Virus record (IMG/VR): IMGVR_UViG_3300048061_000324
Span: 1-63,794 of that record
Source: a virus
Taxonomy: Duplodnaviria; Caudoviricetes
Length of the DNA: 63,794 nt
Strand: one strand, 5' to 3'
Below, piece after piece: positions 40,156 to 49,004 of the stretch. Under the pieces are notes generated by a model. That model did no database searches. It saw only the letters and a program-made list of their open reading frames with translations, and was not told the DNA's origin. The position numbers and the translations under genes are program-made. How positions within the stretch are numbered: position 1 is the first letter of the stretch; each line of letters opens with the position of its first letter.

Positions 40156-40533
40156 TTATACTTGAACTGCTGAAGTGGAACGTTGGTCAAAATTGACTTT
40201 CATTGTTTCTACTTCATTAGTTTCTGCATATACCAAGTCTAGTGCTACGGATAAACCATGTTCATATTCAGCAACATCAATATCTCTTAATACTACTCTA
40301 GGATCCTTAGCCACAATTTCCTGGAGGTTTTCAATTATATTAAATTTAGCATTATCAGTGAATGGGTCGAACAAATATTGCCACACTAAACAACCAAATG
40401 TCGGTTGCATAACTCTTTCACCCTGTCTTGTATTAAAATGATTTAACAAGTCAGCACGAACTAGAGCAGTGTCTACAACTTCTGTACCACTAAAATTTCT
40501 ACCTACTGATGAATAACCTTTATATATTGCCAT
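40156..40533 (-). CDS. gp25: Baseplate wedge subunit gp25 (GPW/gp25 family)
   Basis: LLNHFNTRQGERVMQPTFG...LFDP...DPRV. Confidence 0.9.
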   Translation of the reverse strand: MAIYKGYSSVGRNFSGTEVVDTALVRADLLNHFNTRQGERVMQPTFGCLVWQYLFDPFTDNAKFNIIENLQEIVAKDPRVVLRDIDVAEYEHGLSVALDLVYAETNEVETMKVNFDQRSTSAVQV

Positions 40534-40538
40534 ATTAG

Positions 40539-40546
40539 TATTTACC
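40539..40546 (-). promoter_or_regulatory. Late promoter core (GGTAAATA), very close to the gp25 ATG
   Basis: Minus strand GGTAAATACTAATATG; would give a near-leaderless mRNA. Confidence 0.5.
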
Positions 40547-40550
40547 TACT

Positions 40551-41633
40551 TTAAATTCCACACATTTGTAGAGCGCCTTGACGCTCATATGTAAATCTAT
40601 TTGCCACACTTTGTTTAACTTTTGCTGTAGAACTAGCAAAGTATTTGTTAACGTTGTCTCTTTCATCAAAGATTGCGTTAATAATATCATCATCTGTTGG
40701 ATTTGCTCCTGCATTGGCTATTCCTAGTGTAGGTATTCTACTACCAGGACCATGTTGTACAGATATACTCCATACTGCGTCTTGTAGCCCGTTACAATGC
40801 GTTCCATCACATATGTCTATGCCAGTATCGTTTTTAATTTTTTTAACTAATTTATCATAATGTGTTACTTGTATAAAGTCATGTTGTGCTTGTTTAAATT
40901 GTGGATCTGCGGCTAACGATACCCAAGTATTTTTAAATGCTGTTGTTCCGTTTGTTGCACCAGTATTTCCACCTGCACTTTGTAATTGACTATACATATC
41001 TGTATACTGCTTCATATATGAAAGGAAACTATTCATAGTTCCTACTTTTGTTGCAATTTGATATGTACCATAACTGTAACCACCTGTTCTATCTCTACCT
41101 ATTGCGGCAGGATCTCCGTTACTCTCGTACCTTTCAGATAATGTTCCAATATCTGTTCTTGTACAAAGGCTTGGTTCGCCTGGAGTAAACTCTACACCTG
41201 CATTAACAAACGGACCTCCATCTACTCTAGGAGCAATAGCGCCACCACCTGGTGTGTTGGATTCTGCTCTATCTGGTTGATCAGTAATTGGTGTTTGTGT
41301 TGGTTGGTCTTCTAATTCAAAAGCAATAGTTGTTGGACTTAATGCTCTTGCAGTTGGAAAGCCAACGAATATAGTTCCACTTCCGCTTGACGCTGGTGTA
41401 CTAACGTGACCAGGTACAGGATCAGCCGCACCAGGATCACCATTTCTAATAACTAACTTACCTTCAACATAAACTCCATTTGCTTGTGAACTTAATGCTC
41501 CACCGCCATGTGAGTTTTCATCTGGTTCTACAGAAACTAATAATCCGTCTGCTGTAACTGTACTTTGATTAGATACAACTGTTGTTGCTCCACAACTTCT
41601 GTCATCACTGTGTCTGTGAATTGCAATTCCCAT
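40551..41633 (-). CDS. PAAR-like spike tip fused to a lysozyme-like peptidoglycan hydrolase (VgrG3 C-terminal-like)
   Basis: N-term HRHSDDRSCGA...H...VYVEGKLVIRNGD...H...SGSGTIFVG; Pro-rich linker; C-term LSERYESNG...GYSYGTYQ...WSISVQHG...NRF. Confidence 0.78.
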   Translation of the reverse strand: MGIAIHRHSDDRSCGATTVVSNQSTVTADGLLVSVEPDENSHGGGALSSQANGVYVEGKLVIRNGDPGAADPVPGHVSTPASSGSGTIFVGFPTARALSPTTIAFELEDQPTQTPITDQPDRAESNTPGGGAIAPRVDGGPFVNAGVEFTPGEPSLCTRTDIGTLSERYESNGDPAAIGRDRTGGYSYGTYQIATKVGTMNSFLSYMKQYTDMYSQLQSAGGNTGATNGTTAFKNTWVSLAADPQFKQAQHDFIQVTHYDKLVKKIKNDTGIDICDGTHCNGLQDAVWSISVQHGPGSRIPTLGIANAGANPTDDDIINAIFDERDNVNKYFASSTAKVKQSVANRFTYERQGALQMCGI

Positions 41634-42982
41634 TATGAATCATCTTTCCCTGCATTCTTTTCTTCATGTAATGTCCAAGGTTCGTGTTGTGGTACACGTT
41701 TTGAAATATATGCTTTAGGTTGTCCAGCAGTACCTGTCGAGTCTACTGTTGGTAATTCTTGTGTTGGTATCCGTGCTGATTGACTTGCCGCTGTACCACC
41801 ATTCATATGAATTGCTGTTGCAGTTTCTAAATGACTTGTACCTGAATTAATATGTGATGTTGCACCTGAAGTAATTTTTGTATCTCCTTGTGCTACTGAA
41901 TTTAAATTATTAGTATCTAAATTTATATCAGTCATTGATTTAATGTTTACACTTTCGCCTGCTTCAAGATTAATATTTTTATCTGCTGTCATATTAATAT
42001 TATTTGCAGTACGAATACTAATACTATCTTCACTATAAACATCTATCTTACCATGCTCTGATAATTCTATCCATGCTTTACCATTGTTAGTTCCAATATA
42101 CATTAAATTGTTTGTATCATCCATTAAGATTTGATGACCTGTGCTTGTACGCAAACGAACTAATTTACTATCACCATTAACATCTCCGTCATCTAAAACA
42201 AGACTATGTCCTGGCATACGTTTTCTAATTTCTAAATCTTCAGTAGTTGCTTCGCCTGATTGCATTCTTGATTTTAATGCACTATCGGTAGCAGGATCTT
42301 TATCTCCTCTACCTGGTGTACTAATTCCAAACACTGCACTATTGTTTTCTCTTTGCGGTGTACTAAAACTTTGTCCTCTAATAGTATCTCCTAGAAGACC
42401 TTGTCCTTTTAAAATTCTTGCTAGTTCAATGTTAACTGGTCTGTAAATTTGATGAGTTTGTTTTGTATCTCTTTCAACTTTAGTATTAAATTCTGTTACA
42501 GGTAAAAAATGTTCATCGGGGTTATATCCTGGAAACTCTGTTTCTACTTCTGCTGTTTTAACCCATTTTTTACTACTAGCCAAGCCAGGTGTCATATGAT
42601 TTGCAACATCATCGATAATTGATCCTATTACAACTCCGTTATTCTTTTGTCCTTGAATAAAGATAACAAGTACTTTACTTTCAGGATCAGGCAATGTTGC
42701 CCACATACCATAACTGTATACTCCTGAACTTTCTTGTTTATCTAATAATTTCTTATCCGTTGTTCCTAAGAATGGACTCATATATTTTACAGGTGTCCAA
42801 CTTCTAGGATCGGTTGGTATACCACCTAATGCAGGAATATAAACATCCATACGTCCAGTTCGTCTTGTGTCATTGTTATTTTTAACATAGGCTTCGTAAG
42901 GACCAGGATCGACAATAGCGCCTTTTTTATTAACGTCTAAGTCTGGATTAATTTTATTAATGTATTGTTGGAATGTTGGCAT
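41633..42982 (-). CDS. gp5: Baseplate central spike gp5-like (OB-fold plus beta-helix, no lysozyme domain)
   Basis: NNNDTRRTGRMDVYIP, YGMWATLPD, GHSLVLDDG, RTSTGHQILMDD, beta-helix repeats, RVPQHEPW. Confidence 0.8.
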   Translation of the reverse strand: MPTFQQYINKINPDLDVNKKGAIVDPGPYEAYVKNNNDTRRTGRMDVYIPALGGIPTDPRSWTPVKYMSPFLGTTDKKLLDKQESSGVYSYGMWATLPDPESKVLVIFIQGQKNNGVVIGSIIDDVANHMTPGLASSKKWVKTAEVETEFPGYNPDEHFLPVTEFNTKVERDTKQTHQIYRPVNIELARILKGQGLLGDTIRGQSFSTPQRENNSAVFGISTPGRGDKDPATDSALKSRMQSGEATTEDLEIRKRMPGHSLVLDDGDVNGDSKLVRLRTSTGHQILMDDTNNLMYIGTNNGKAWIELSEHGKIDVYSEDSISIRTANNINMTADKNINLEAGESVNIKSMTDINLDTNNLNSVAQGDTKITSGATSHINSGTSHLETATAIHMNGGTAASQSARIPTQELPTVDSTGTAGQPKAYISKRVPQHEPWTLHEEKNAGKDDS

Positions 42983-45738
42983 TACTCTACTATCTCTCCT
43001 TCAGCACCTTCGTTAAAAGAGTCATTTAAAAATTTATCAGCAGTGTTAACTACTTCTTCAACTGGTGCTGGTGTAACTACTGTACCAGGTTTAGGATTCC
43101 ATTCTTGTCCTACTGCCTCAGGTCCATCTGTTGTATTGACATCCATATTAGATAGTTGTCCTCTTTCATCTGCTGTTGTGTAATTATTAGGTGTATATTC
43201 ATATGCACTAGCACTTTTATAATTACCCATACTACTTAATGCGTTTCGTTGTTCACCTGTTAACCCTGTGCCAATTGTATTACTTTTAACATCAACCTTT
43301 TTCTTTGTCGCTGTTCTCATAATAGCATCTTGGTATACTTCTGTTCTTTCAGTTGATGTTTTTTCTTTTTTATCAATAGTGTTAAGTGGTTGCTTACGTT
43401 CTCTTACACATTCTAAATTTTGTGTAAACTGTCCGTTACTAAAGTTACTTGTTACTTTAATTACTTTATATTCTCCGCTAATACTCGGTGTGTTAACACT
43501 TGTCTTTCCAGTTTCATCAATATTAAAACCTTTCATAAGTCCTGTACTTGCATCTAAATCAGTTGGGTTTCTAAACTTAATGTATATGTGCCATTCTTTA
43601 TCTGTATTTAAACTTCCGTCTGGCAAACGATAATCTAAATTATCTTGCACTAATACACTTCTAAAATCTTTTGTTTGTATGTAACTCATATCGCCTACAA
43701 TACGCATATTCATTTGTAATAAGTCAGCACCTGTATCAAATACATTTTGCATAAAGTTATCGATGGTTACACTTTTATGACTTGAACTTGGATCATTAAT
43801 ATCATTACTTGTTGCTGTTTGTGTTACAACATTTCTAACATAAGGTGTCCATCTTGCAAGAGGATCATTTCCTGCTTTTGCAGTTTGTCCTTCGTGTATT
43901 GTTTCATTAAGTTTTGTCTGTGCTAATGGTGTGGCAAAAGATCCTGCTTTTTCCATTTGGTTATAAGTGTACGTTTGAAAATAAGCCGCATTAAAGTCAA
44001 TATCAAAACTTAAGATATCTTGATTGTTTCCTGTAAAAAAGTAATCATAATATTTTGAAATATATTCAACTGGTTTTTGACCTAAGTTTTCAAAGTCTTT
44101 ACCATGCATTTGATATTTTTTAATAACAAACGTAATAAATTTAGCATACATATTTCTAATTTTATCAAAAGGCCCTAATGTTATTCTAGGAACAATTCTA
44201 TAAAAATCAATTGGCTTATCGTCGACGTCTTCGTAACCTTCAACACCACTATCTTTTTGCTTTTTTAAATCTGCACTAATCACCTGATCTGTCATATATT
44301 CTGATGAACGTAAGATACTATGTATTGTTTGAATAATACTAGTTCCTGCTCTAATACTATATGTTTTAGTTGTTTCATCAAATATAAAGTTTTCAGAAAA
44401 ACGTTGTTGTGCAACTTTACCTGGATCACTTGTATTTGATGTTTTGGCTAAATCAACTGCTTCTTGTGTTACAATTTTAGAATTTGCAATGTCAGGATCT
44501 ATTTCAAAAGAATAAATGTCTGGTACGCCTTTTAATTTTGCTTCTACATGGTCATCTTCTAATTTATTTAAATATCCTACTAAACCTTTTTCTAATTGTT
44601 TTACTGGAATCATTGGTTGATTGGGCGGACCGTTTGGTCTCATATCTCCATTGTCAACTCTTAATGCTACATTAAAAAAGTCATGTACTGTTTTTGCTTC
44701 AATTTGTATATCAACAGGAATAGTTGTTGCTGTTGATTGTACACCCATGCTGTTATATGGAACCGCAGTAACATCATAAGTTGTACCTTGTTCTGTAACT
44801 CCAAATTTAAAATCTGTAAATCTAATTGGAATATATCTTGTACGTTGTCCTATAGAGTTTCTAGATCCTACTGGTTTTCCAAAACTATCGTATCCTGTTA
44901 TAAAAACTTTTAGTAAGTATGGCTGTTCAATATAATTGTATGATCCAAAATGATTCGCCGATAGTACAAGACTATTTAAAAGTGTCATACCGTATGGTTC
45001 TGTAATTTTAAAACTTAACCCTGTGTTAACTGCACCTTTGTTTTGACCGCCTGGACTAATAACACTATCAATTTCTAAATCGTCCATATAAAAATCATTA
45101 GTAAAGAACGGATTTCTCATACCGTAATTACCGCCACCTGATTTTATTAATAATCTTCCTGGGCTACTTTCTATTGTAAATTTAGGATCGTTTACAAAAT
45201 TATTATAATCATCGTATGTTAAAATATATAACTCAAAGTTATAAGTGTACGACGCTAATCCGTGTAATATGTTTTTCTTTTCATTTTCATTTAATAATGT
45301 TTGTGATAATACTGGTTTTGCTTGATTATTATTAATGCTTGTTGCTGTTGCTTTAATTGTAGAACCAATGTTACCTAACGCACCACCTAAATTTTGTAAG
45401 CCTGCATCTTCTAAATTTTCTTTGAAAGCATTTATGTCAATGTTTGATTCTAAATTTATTCCTTGAACAGCCGCATTTATTGACTTGGTAGCATCATCAA
45501 TAGGAAATACTGTGTCACCCGCTACTATCTGTGGAAACTCTCCTAGTTTAGGAAGTCCGTCTCCGAGATTTAATTCGTTTGCTACTCCTGAGATTTCGTT
45601 CTGTACCCAATTTCTGGCATCTTCTAATTTTGCAATTCCACTCGATACGATTTGATCACTATCACCAACAGTGATAGGTGTACCATCTTTGCTTCTTACC
45701 GGATCACCGAACTCATCATAGAGAGGAAAGTCAGCCAT
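42982..45738 (-). CDS. Baseplate hub protein (gp27-like)
   Basis: Between LysM/gp53-like and gp5; FKITEPYG, MRIVGD, GEYKVIKVTSNFSNGQFTQNL. Confidence 0.65.
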   Translation of the reverse strand: MADFPLYDEFGDPVRSKDGTPITVGDSDQIVSSGIAKLEDARNWVQNEISGVANELNLGDGLPKLGEFPQIVAGDTVFPIDDATKSINAAVQGINLESNIDINAFKENLEDAGLQNLGGALGNIGSTIKATATSINNNQAKPVLSQTLLNENEKKNILHGLASYTYNFELYILTYDDYNNFVNDPKFTIESSPGRLLIKSGGGNYGMRNPFFTNDFYMDDLEIDSVISPGGQNKGAVNTGLSFKITEPYGMTLLNSLVLSANHFGSYNYIEQPYLLKVFITGYDSFGKPVGSRNSIGQRTRYIPIRFTDFKFGVTEQGTTYDVTAVPYNSMGVQSTATTIPVDIQIEAKTVHDFFNVALRVDNGDMRPNGPPNQPMIPVKQLEKGLVGYLNKLEDDHVEAKLKGVPDIYSFEIDPDIANSKIVTQEAVDLAKTSNTSDPGKVAQQRFSENFIFDETTKTYSIRAGTSIIQTIHSILRSSEYMTDQVISADLKKQKDSGVEGYEDVDDKPIDFYRIVPRITLGPFDKIRNMYAKFITFVIKKYQMHGKDFENLGQKPVEYISKYYDYFFTGNNQDILSFDIDFNAAYFQTYTYNQMEKAGSFATPLAQTKLNETIHEGQTAKAGNDPLARWTPYVRNVVTQTATSNDINDPSSSHKSVTIDNFMQNVFDTGADLLQMNMRIVGDMSYIQTKDFRSVLVQDNLDYRLPDGSLNTDKEWHIYIKFRNPTDLDASTGLMKGFNIDETGKTSVNTPSISGEYKVIKVTSNFSNGQFTQNLECVRERKQPLNTIDKKEKTSTERTEVYQDAIMRTATKKKVDVKSNTIGTGLTGEQRNALSSMGNYKSASAYEYTPNNYTTADERGQLSNMDVNTTDGPEAVGQEWNPKPGTVVTPAPVEEVVNTADKFLNDSFNEGAEGEIVE

Positions 45739-45739
45739 G

Positions 45740-46039
45740 TTATATTCCTAATTCGTTGAATAATCTATCTTGCTTGGGCAAGAAAATTGTAGTTCCTCTT
45801 TTCATATCCCAAATTGGATCTTTAATTTCGTTTGGATTTCTTGCGGCAAAGACCCACCATAATTTAGGATTGTCATATAAGTCATTTGCTAATAAGTCTG
45901 GTCTAAATTCATATGTTGCATTTATAATTAATTTTTGATCTGATGGGTAAGCACTAATTACTCTGCGATCTAACACATCTAAATAATTTCCAAATGTTTC
46001 TGTTTTATAGAAAGGACTGTCTGCATTATAATCTGCCAT
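45740..46039 (-). CDS. Baseplate wedge gp53-like / LysM-type protein
   Basis: RPDLLANDLYDNPKLWWVFAARN. Confidence 0.8.
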   Translation of the reverse strand: MADYNADSPFYKTETFGNYLDVLDRRVISAYPSDQKLIINATYEFRPDLLANDLYDNPKLWWVFAARNPNEIKDPIWDMKRGTTIFLPKQDRLFNELGI

Positions 46040-47004
46040 TAGATGTGTCCTCCTGTTACATTATTAATTAATGCACCTGCTGTTAATCGGTCTACACCAA
46101 ATGACCTCATTTGTGCTCTGCTGTATACTGGAGTTAAACCAACGTTAATATCTAAACTTTTTGGCACTCTTGTTGTTTGTGCTTTTCCAGCCTGATCCAT
46201 TCCGCCTGTTGGTATTGAAATATAATCAACATTGTTAGGCATAGTAATGGAAACTGTGTTTACTACTACTGGAACATTTGGTAACATATATTGACCATGT
46301 CCAGTTAATCTTAATACAGGTGGTGGATTACCTGCTAGAGCATCTGTATTACTAAACATTTTAGTAACTGCTCTTAAAAATGTTATAACTGCAAGTACAT
46401 ATTGTGCATCTTGCCCGTTCTCACTTACAAATTCTCCAAACATTGATATGTCACTCACATTACTTGCATTGTAATAATTTAAAGGATAATTACTATGTGT
46501 AGGACTACTACGACTATAATCTGCATTATGTTGGAATATAAGTTGTGGTGTATATGGAAAGATTATACCATTAGTATCAATTAATGGTCTTAACAAATAA
46601 GGAACATTGGCTTTTTGGTAGTGAATATTAGCACCCTGGGGTAGAGACAATCTTACTCTATGATCATCTTTGCTTTTACCGACTGCAGAACTTGAAGCCG
46701 CAATATCAGCCAATTTATCGTTAGGATTAGCACCTTTGTCAATGCCAGCACCTTTTAACCTAGCAGTTACCGGATCACCGTTAAATGCATCAGTAAATGC
46801 TCCTTTGGCTTTGGATAACATACCTGTAAAATCACTACTAAATTGGTCAATACCATCAGTGAATGCTTTACTGGCTCCGCCTATACTAAAGGCACCTGTT
46901 TGGGCTACCTTAGTAGTATTTGTTGCTTTAGCAGTATTGAAGCCTGGATTACCCGTTAATTGGATACCTGGCTTGTTCGGATCTTGGTCTGTAAATGTTG
47001 CCAT
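46039..47004 (-). CDS. Baseplate/tail-tube initiator-like protein (gp48/gp54-like)
   Basis: GIIFPYTP, GNPPPVLRL, VPVVVNTVSI; first gene of baseplate operon. Confidence 0.6.
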   Translation of the reverse strand: MATFTDQDPNKPGIQLTGNPGFNTAKATNTTKVAQTGAFSIGGASKAFTDGIDQFSSDFTGMLSKAKGAFTDAFNGDPVTARLKGAGIDKGANPNDKLADIAASSSAVGKSKDDHRVRLSLPQGANIHYQKANVPYLLRPLIDTNGIIFPYTPQLIFQHNADYSRSSPTHSNYPLNYYNASNVSDISMFGEFVSENGQDAQYVLAVITFLRAVTKMFSNTDALAGNPPPVLRLTGHGQYMLPNVPVVVNTVSITMPNNVDYISIPTGGMDQAGKAQTTRVPKSLDINVGLTPVYSRAQMRSFGVDRLTAGALINNVTGGHI

Positions 47005-47024
47005 AATAAATTTAATCTTTCCTC

Positions 47025-47053
47025 TTGATATTAGTATTTATCGAGTGTATAAT
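47025..47053 (+). promoter_or_regulatory. Sigma70-type promoter for gp55
   Basis: TTGATA (47025-30), 17-nt spacer, TATAAT (47048-53). Confidence 0.7.
47035..47042 (-). promoter_or_regulatory. Late promoter core (GATAAATA) for the baseplate operon
   Basis: Minus strand GATAAATACTAAT, inside the spacer of the plus-strand sigma70 promoter. Confidence 0.6.
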
Positions 47054-47083
47054 ATGAGTATATAATTTAAGGAATGAAAAACT

Positions 47084-47920
47084 ATGGCAGTAAGAAATTA
47101 CCTCAATAACAGAGATTTATTAATAGAAATTCATAAATCTAAGACAACTTTTGGTTCGTTTTTAGATGATGATGCTAAAATCTTTGATATTATTTTAACC
47201 TCAACAAAAGAAATTAAAAAAAGTACAATCGATCAAGCTCGTAAAAATAGAGCAGATAGAATACAAAAGAACGGATATAAAGAGAATACTATAAAAGGAA
47301 AAAAGATGGCAGACTTTGCCGTTGATCCTAAGTCATTTAAAAAACAAGAACTTGTATTTAGAATTATGTCATACGAGCATATACCGTTAGACCCGGAACG
47401 TAAAAAGAATCCTAAAACAGTTGCAGATCATCATGTTAAATTAAACTTTCCCTCATATCAACATTGGCGTTTTAATGAAGAAAACGATTTGATATGTTGT
47501 GGTAAGTCTCATTGGACAGGTGGTATGGATAACGGATACTTTAGTTTATCTGAAGGTAAAGTAACAAAGAAGTTAGCACATATGTATATGATGCTTTGTG
47601 AACGTTACAGTCATAGATATAACTGGAGAGGATACACATACGTTGATGAAATGCGAGGACAAGCATTATTACAATTAGCACAAATTGGTTTACAGTTTGA
47701 CGAAAGTAAATCAGACAATCCTTTTGCATATTACACGGCGGCAATAACCAACAGTTTTACTAGGGTATTAAACATCGAAAAACGTAATCAAAATATTAGA
47801 GATGACATTTTAGAGATGAACGATTTAGCACCTAGTTTTACTAGACAACACGCCAACGATAGTGCGGCTGAACAAAAAAGAGTTCAAGCATTCAATGAGA
47901 AAACAAAGAAAAAGGCATAA
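47084..47920 (+). CDS. gp55: Late transcription sigma factor, gp55-like
   Basis: NYLNNRDLL; RYNWRGYTYVDEM...FDESKSDNPFAYYTAAITNSF; upstream of gp47/gp46 as in T4. Confidence 0.85.
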   Translation: MAVRNYLNNRDLLIEIHKSKTTFGSFLDDDAKIFDIILTSTKEIKKSTIDQARKNRADRIQKNGYKENTIKGKKMADFAVDPKSFKKQELVFRIMSYEHIPLDPERKKNPKTVADHHVKLNFPSYQHWRFNEENDLICCGKSHWTGGMDNGYFSLSEGKVTKKLAHMYMMLCERYSHRYNWRGYTYVDEMRGQALLQLAQIGLQFDESKSDNPFAYYTAAITNSFTRVLNIEKRNQNIRDDILEMNDLAPSFTRQHANDSAAEQKRVQAFNEKTKKKA

Positions 47921-47926
47921 ATCTGG

Positions 47927-47955
47927 TTGACTTTGAGTATATCTTACAGTATTAT
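47927..47955 (+). promoter_or_regulatory. Sigma70-type promoter for the gp47/gp46 operon
   Basis: TTGACT (47927-32), 17-nt spacer, TATTAT (47950-55). Confidence 0.65.
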
Positions 47956-47987
47956 AGTAAGTGTATGTAATTTAATTTAGGAAAAGC

Positions 47988-49001
47988 ATGAGCAATCTAT
48001 TCAAGAAAGCCATTGCCTTTACTGATATTCACTTTGGTAATAAGTCTAATAGTTTAGCACATAACGAAGATTGTGTAGACTTTGTAAAGTGGATAATCAA
48101 ACAAGGTAAAGAAAAGAACTGCGAAACTTGTATGTTCTTAGGTGACTGGCATCACCAACGAGCTAGTATTAATGTTGCAACACTAAATCACAGTGTAGAA
48201 GCATTAACTTTACTCAGCAAAAACTTCGACCAAGTTATTTTTATTCCTGGCAACCACGACGAATACTATAGAGACAAAAGAGATTTCAATAGTATTACTT
48301 GGGCCAGACATATTCCAAATGTAAGACTTTTTAATGAGATCACTACAGAAGGTGATGTCGCAATAGTTCCATGGCTAGTAGGTGACGAATATAAGTCACT
48401 TAAAAAAATTGAAGCAAAATATATGTTAGGACATTTTGAACTTCCTAACTTTTATATGAATGCAATGGTACAAATGCCAGACCATGGAGAAATTAAACAT
48501 TCGGACTTCAGAGGTGTTGAGCGAATGTTTACCGGTCACTTCCACAAGCGTCAAGAAGTAGGTAATATTACATACATCGGAAATGCTTTCCCACACAACT
48601 ACAGTGACGCTTGGGATGATGATCGGGGAGCAATGATATTAGAATGGGGCGAGCCACACTATTATGTTAAGTGGGATAACGCACCTAAATACAAAGTATT
48701 AAAATTAAGTCAATTACTTGATAAGCCGGCAGAACTACTGCTACCTAAAACATATTGTCGAGTAAACTTAGATATCAATATTAGTTACGAAGAAGCAAAC
48801 TTTATTAAAGAAACATTCTACGAACAATATGATGTAAGAGAAATTGCACTTATTCCACAAAAAGAAGTTGATACAAACTTTGATGAATCAGCAGAGATTA
48901 ATTTTGAAAGTGTCGACAGTATTGTTATGAGTCAATTAAAATCTGTAGATTCAGAGTTATATGATCCAAAACTTTTAATGGAAATATACAGGAACCTTTA
49001 A
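47988..49001 (+). CDS. gp47: Recombination endonuclease gp47 (Mre11/SbcD-like)
   Basis: FTDIHFG, LGDWHH, GNHD, GHFE, GHFH metallophosphoesterase motifs. Confidence 0.92.
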   Translation: MSNLFKKAIAFTDIHFGNKSNSLAHNEDCVDFVKWIIKQGKEKNCETCMFLGDWHHQRASINVATLNHSVEALTLLSKNFDQVIFIPGNHDEYYRDKRDFNSITWARHIPNVRLFNEITTEGDVAIVPWLVGDEYKSLKKIEAKYMLGHFELPNFYMNAMVQMPDHGEIKHSDFRGVERMFTGHFHKRQEVGNITYIGNAFPHNYSDAWDDDRGAMILEWGEPHYYVKWDNAPKYKVLKLSQLLDKPAELLLPKTYCRVNLDINISYEEANFIKETFYEQYDVREIALIPQKEVDTNFDESAEINFESVDSIVMSQLKSVDSELYDPKLLMEIYRNL

Positions 49002-49004
49002 TTA

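Noticed and set aside
19618-46039. Many 60-137 aa plus-strand ORFs antisense to structural genes
   Set aside because: Shadow ORFs from codon bias; no SD or recognisable motifs
40156-47004. Bacterial T6SS or eCIS locus
   Set aside because: Portal, protease, capsid, gp55 and gp46/47 show this is a complete phage morphogenesis region
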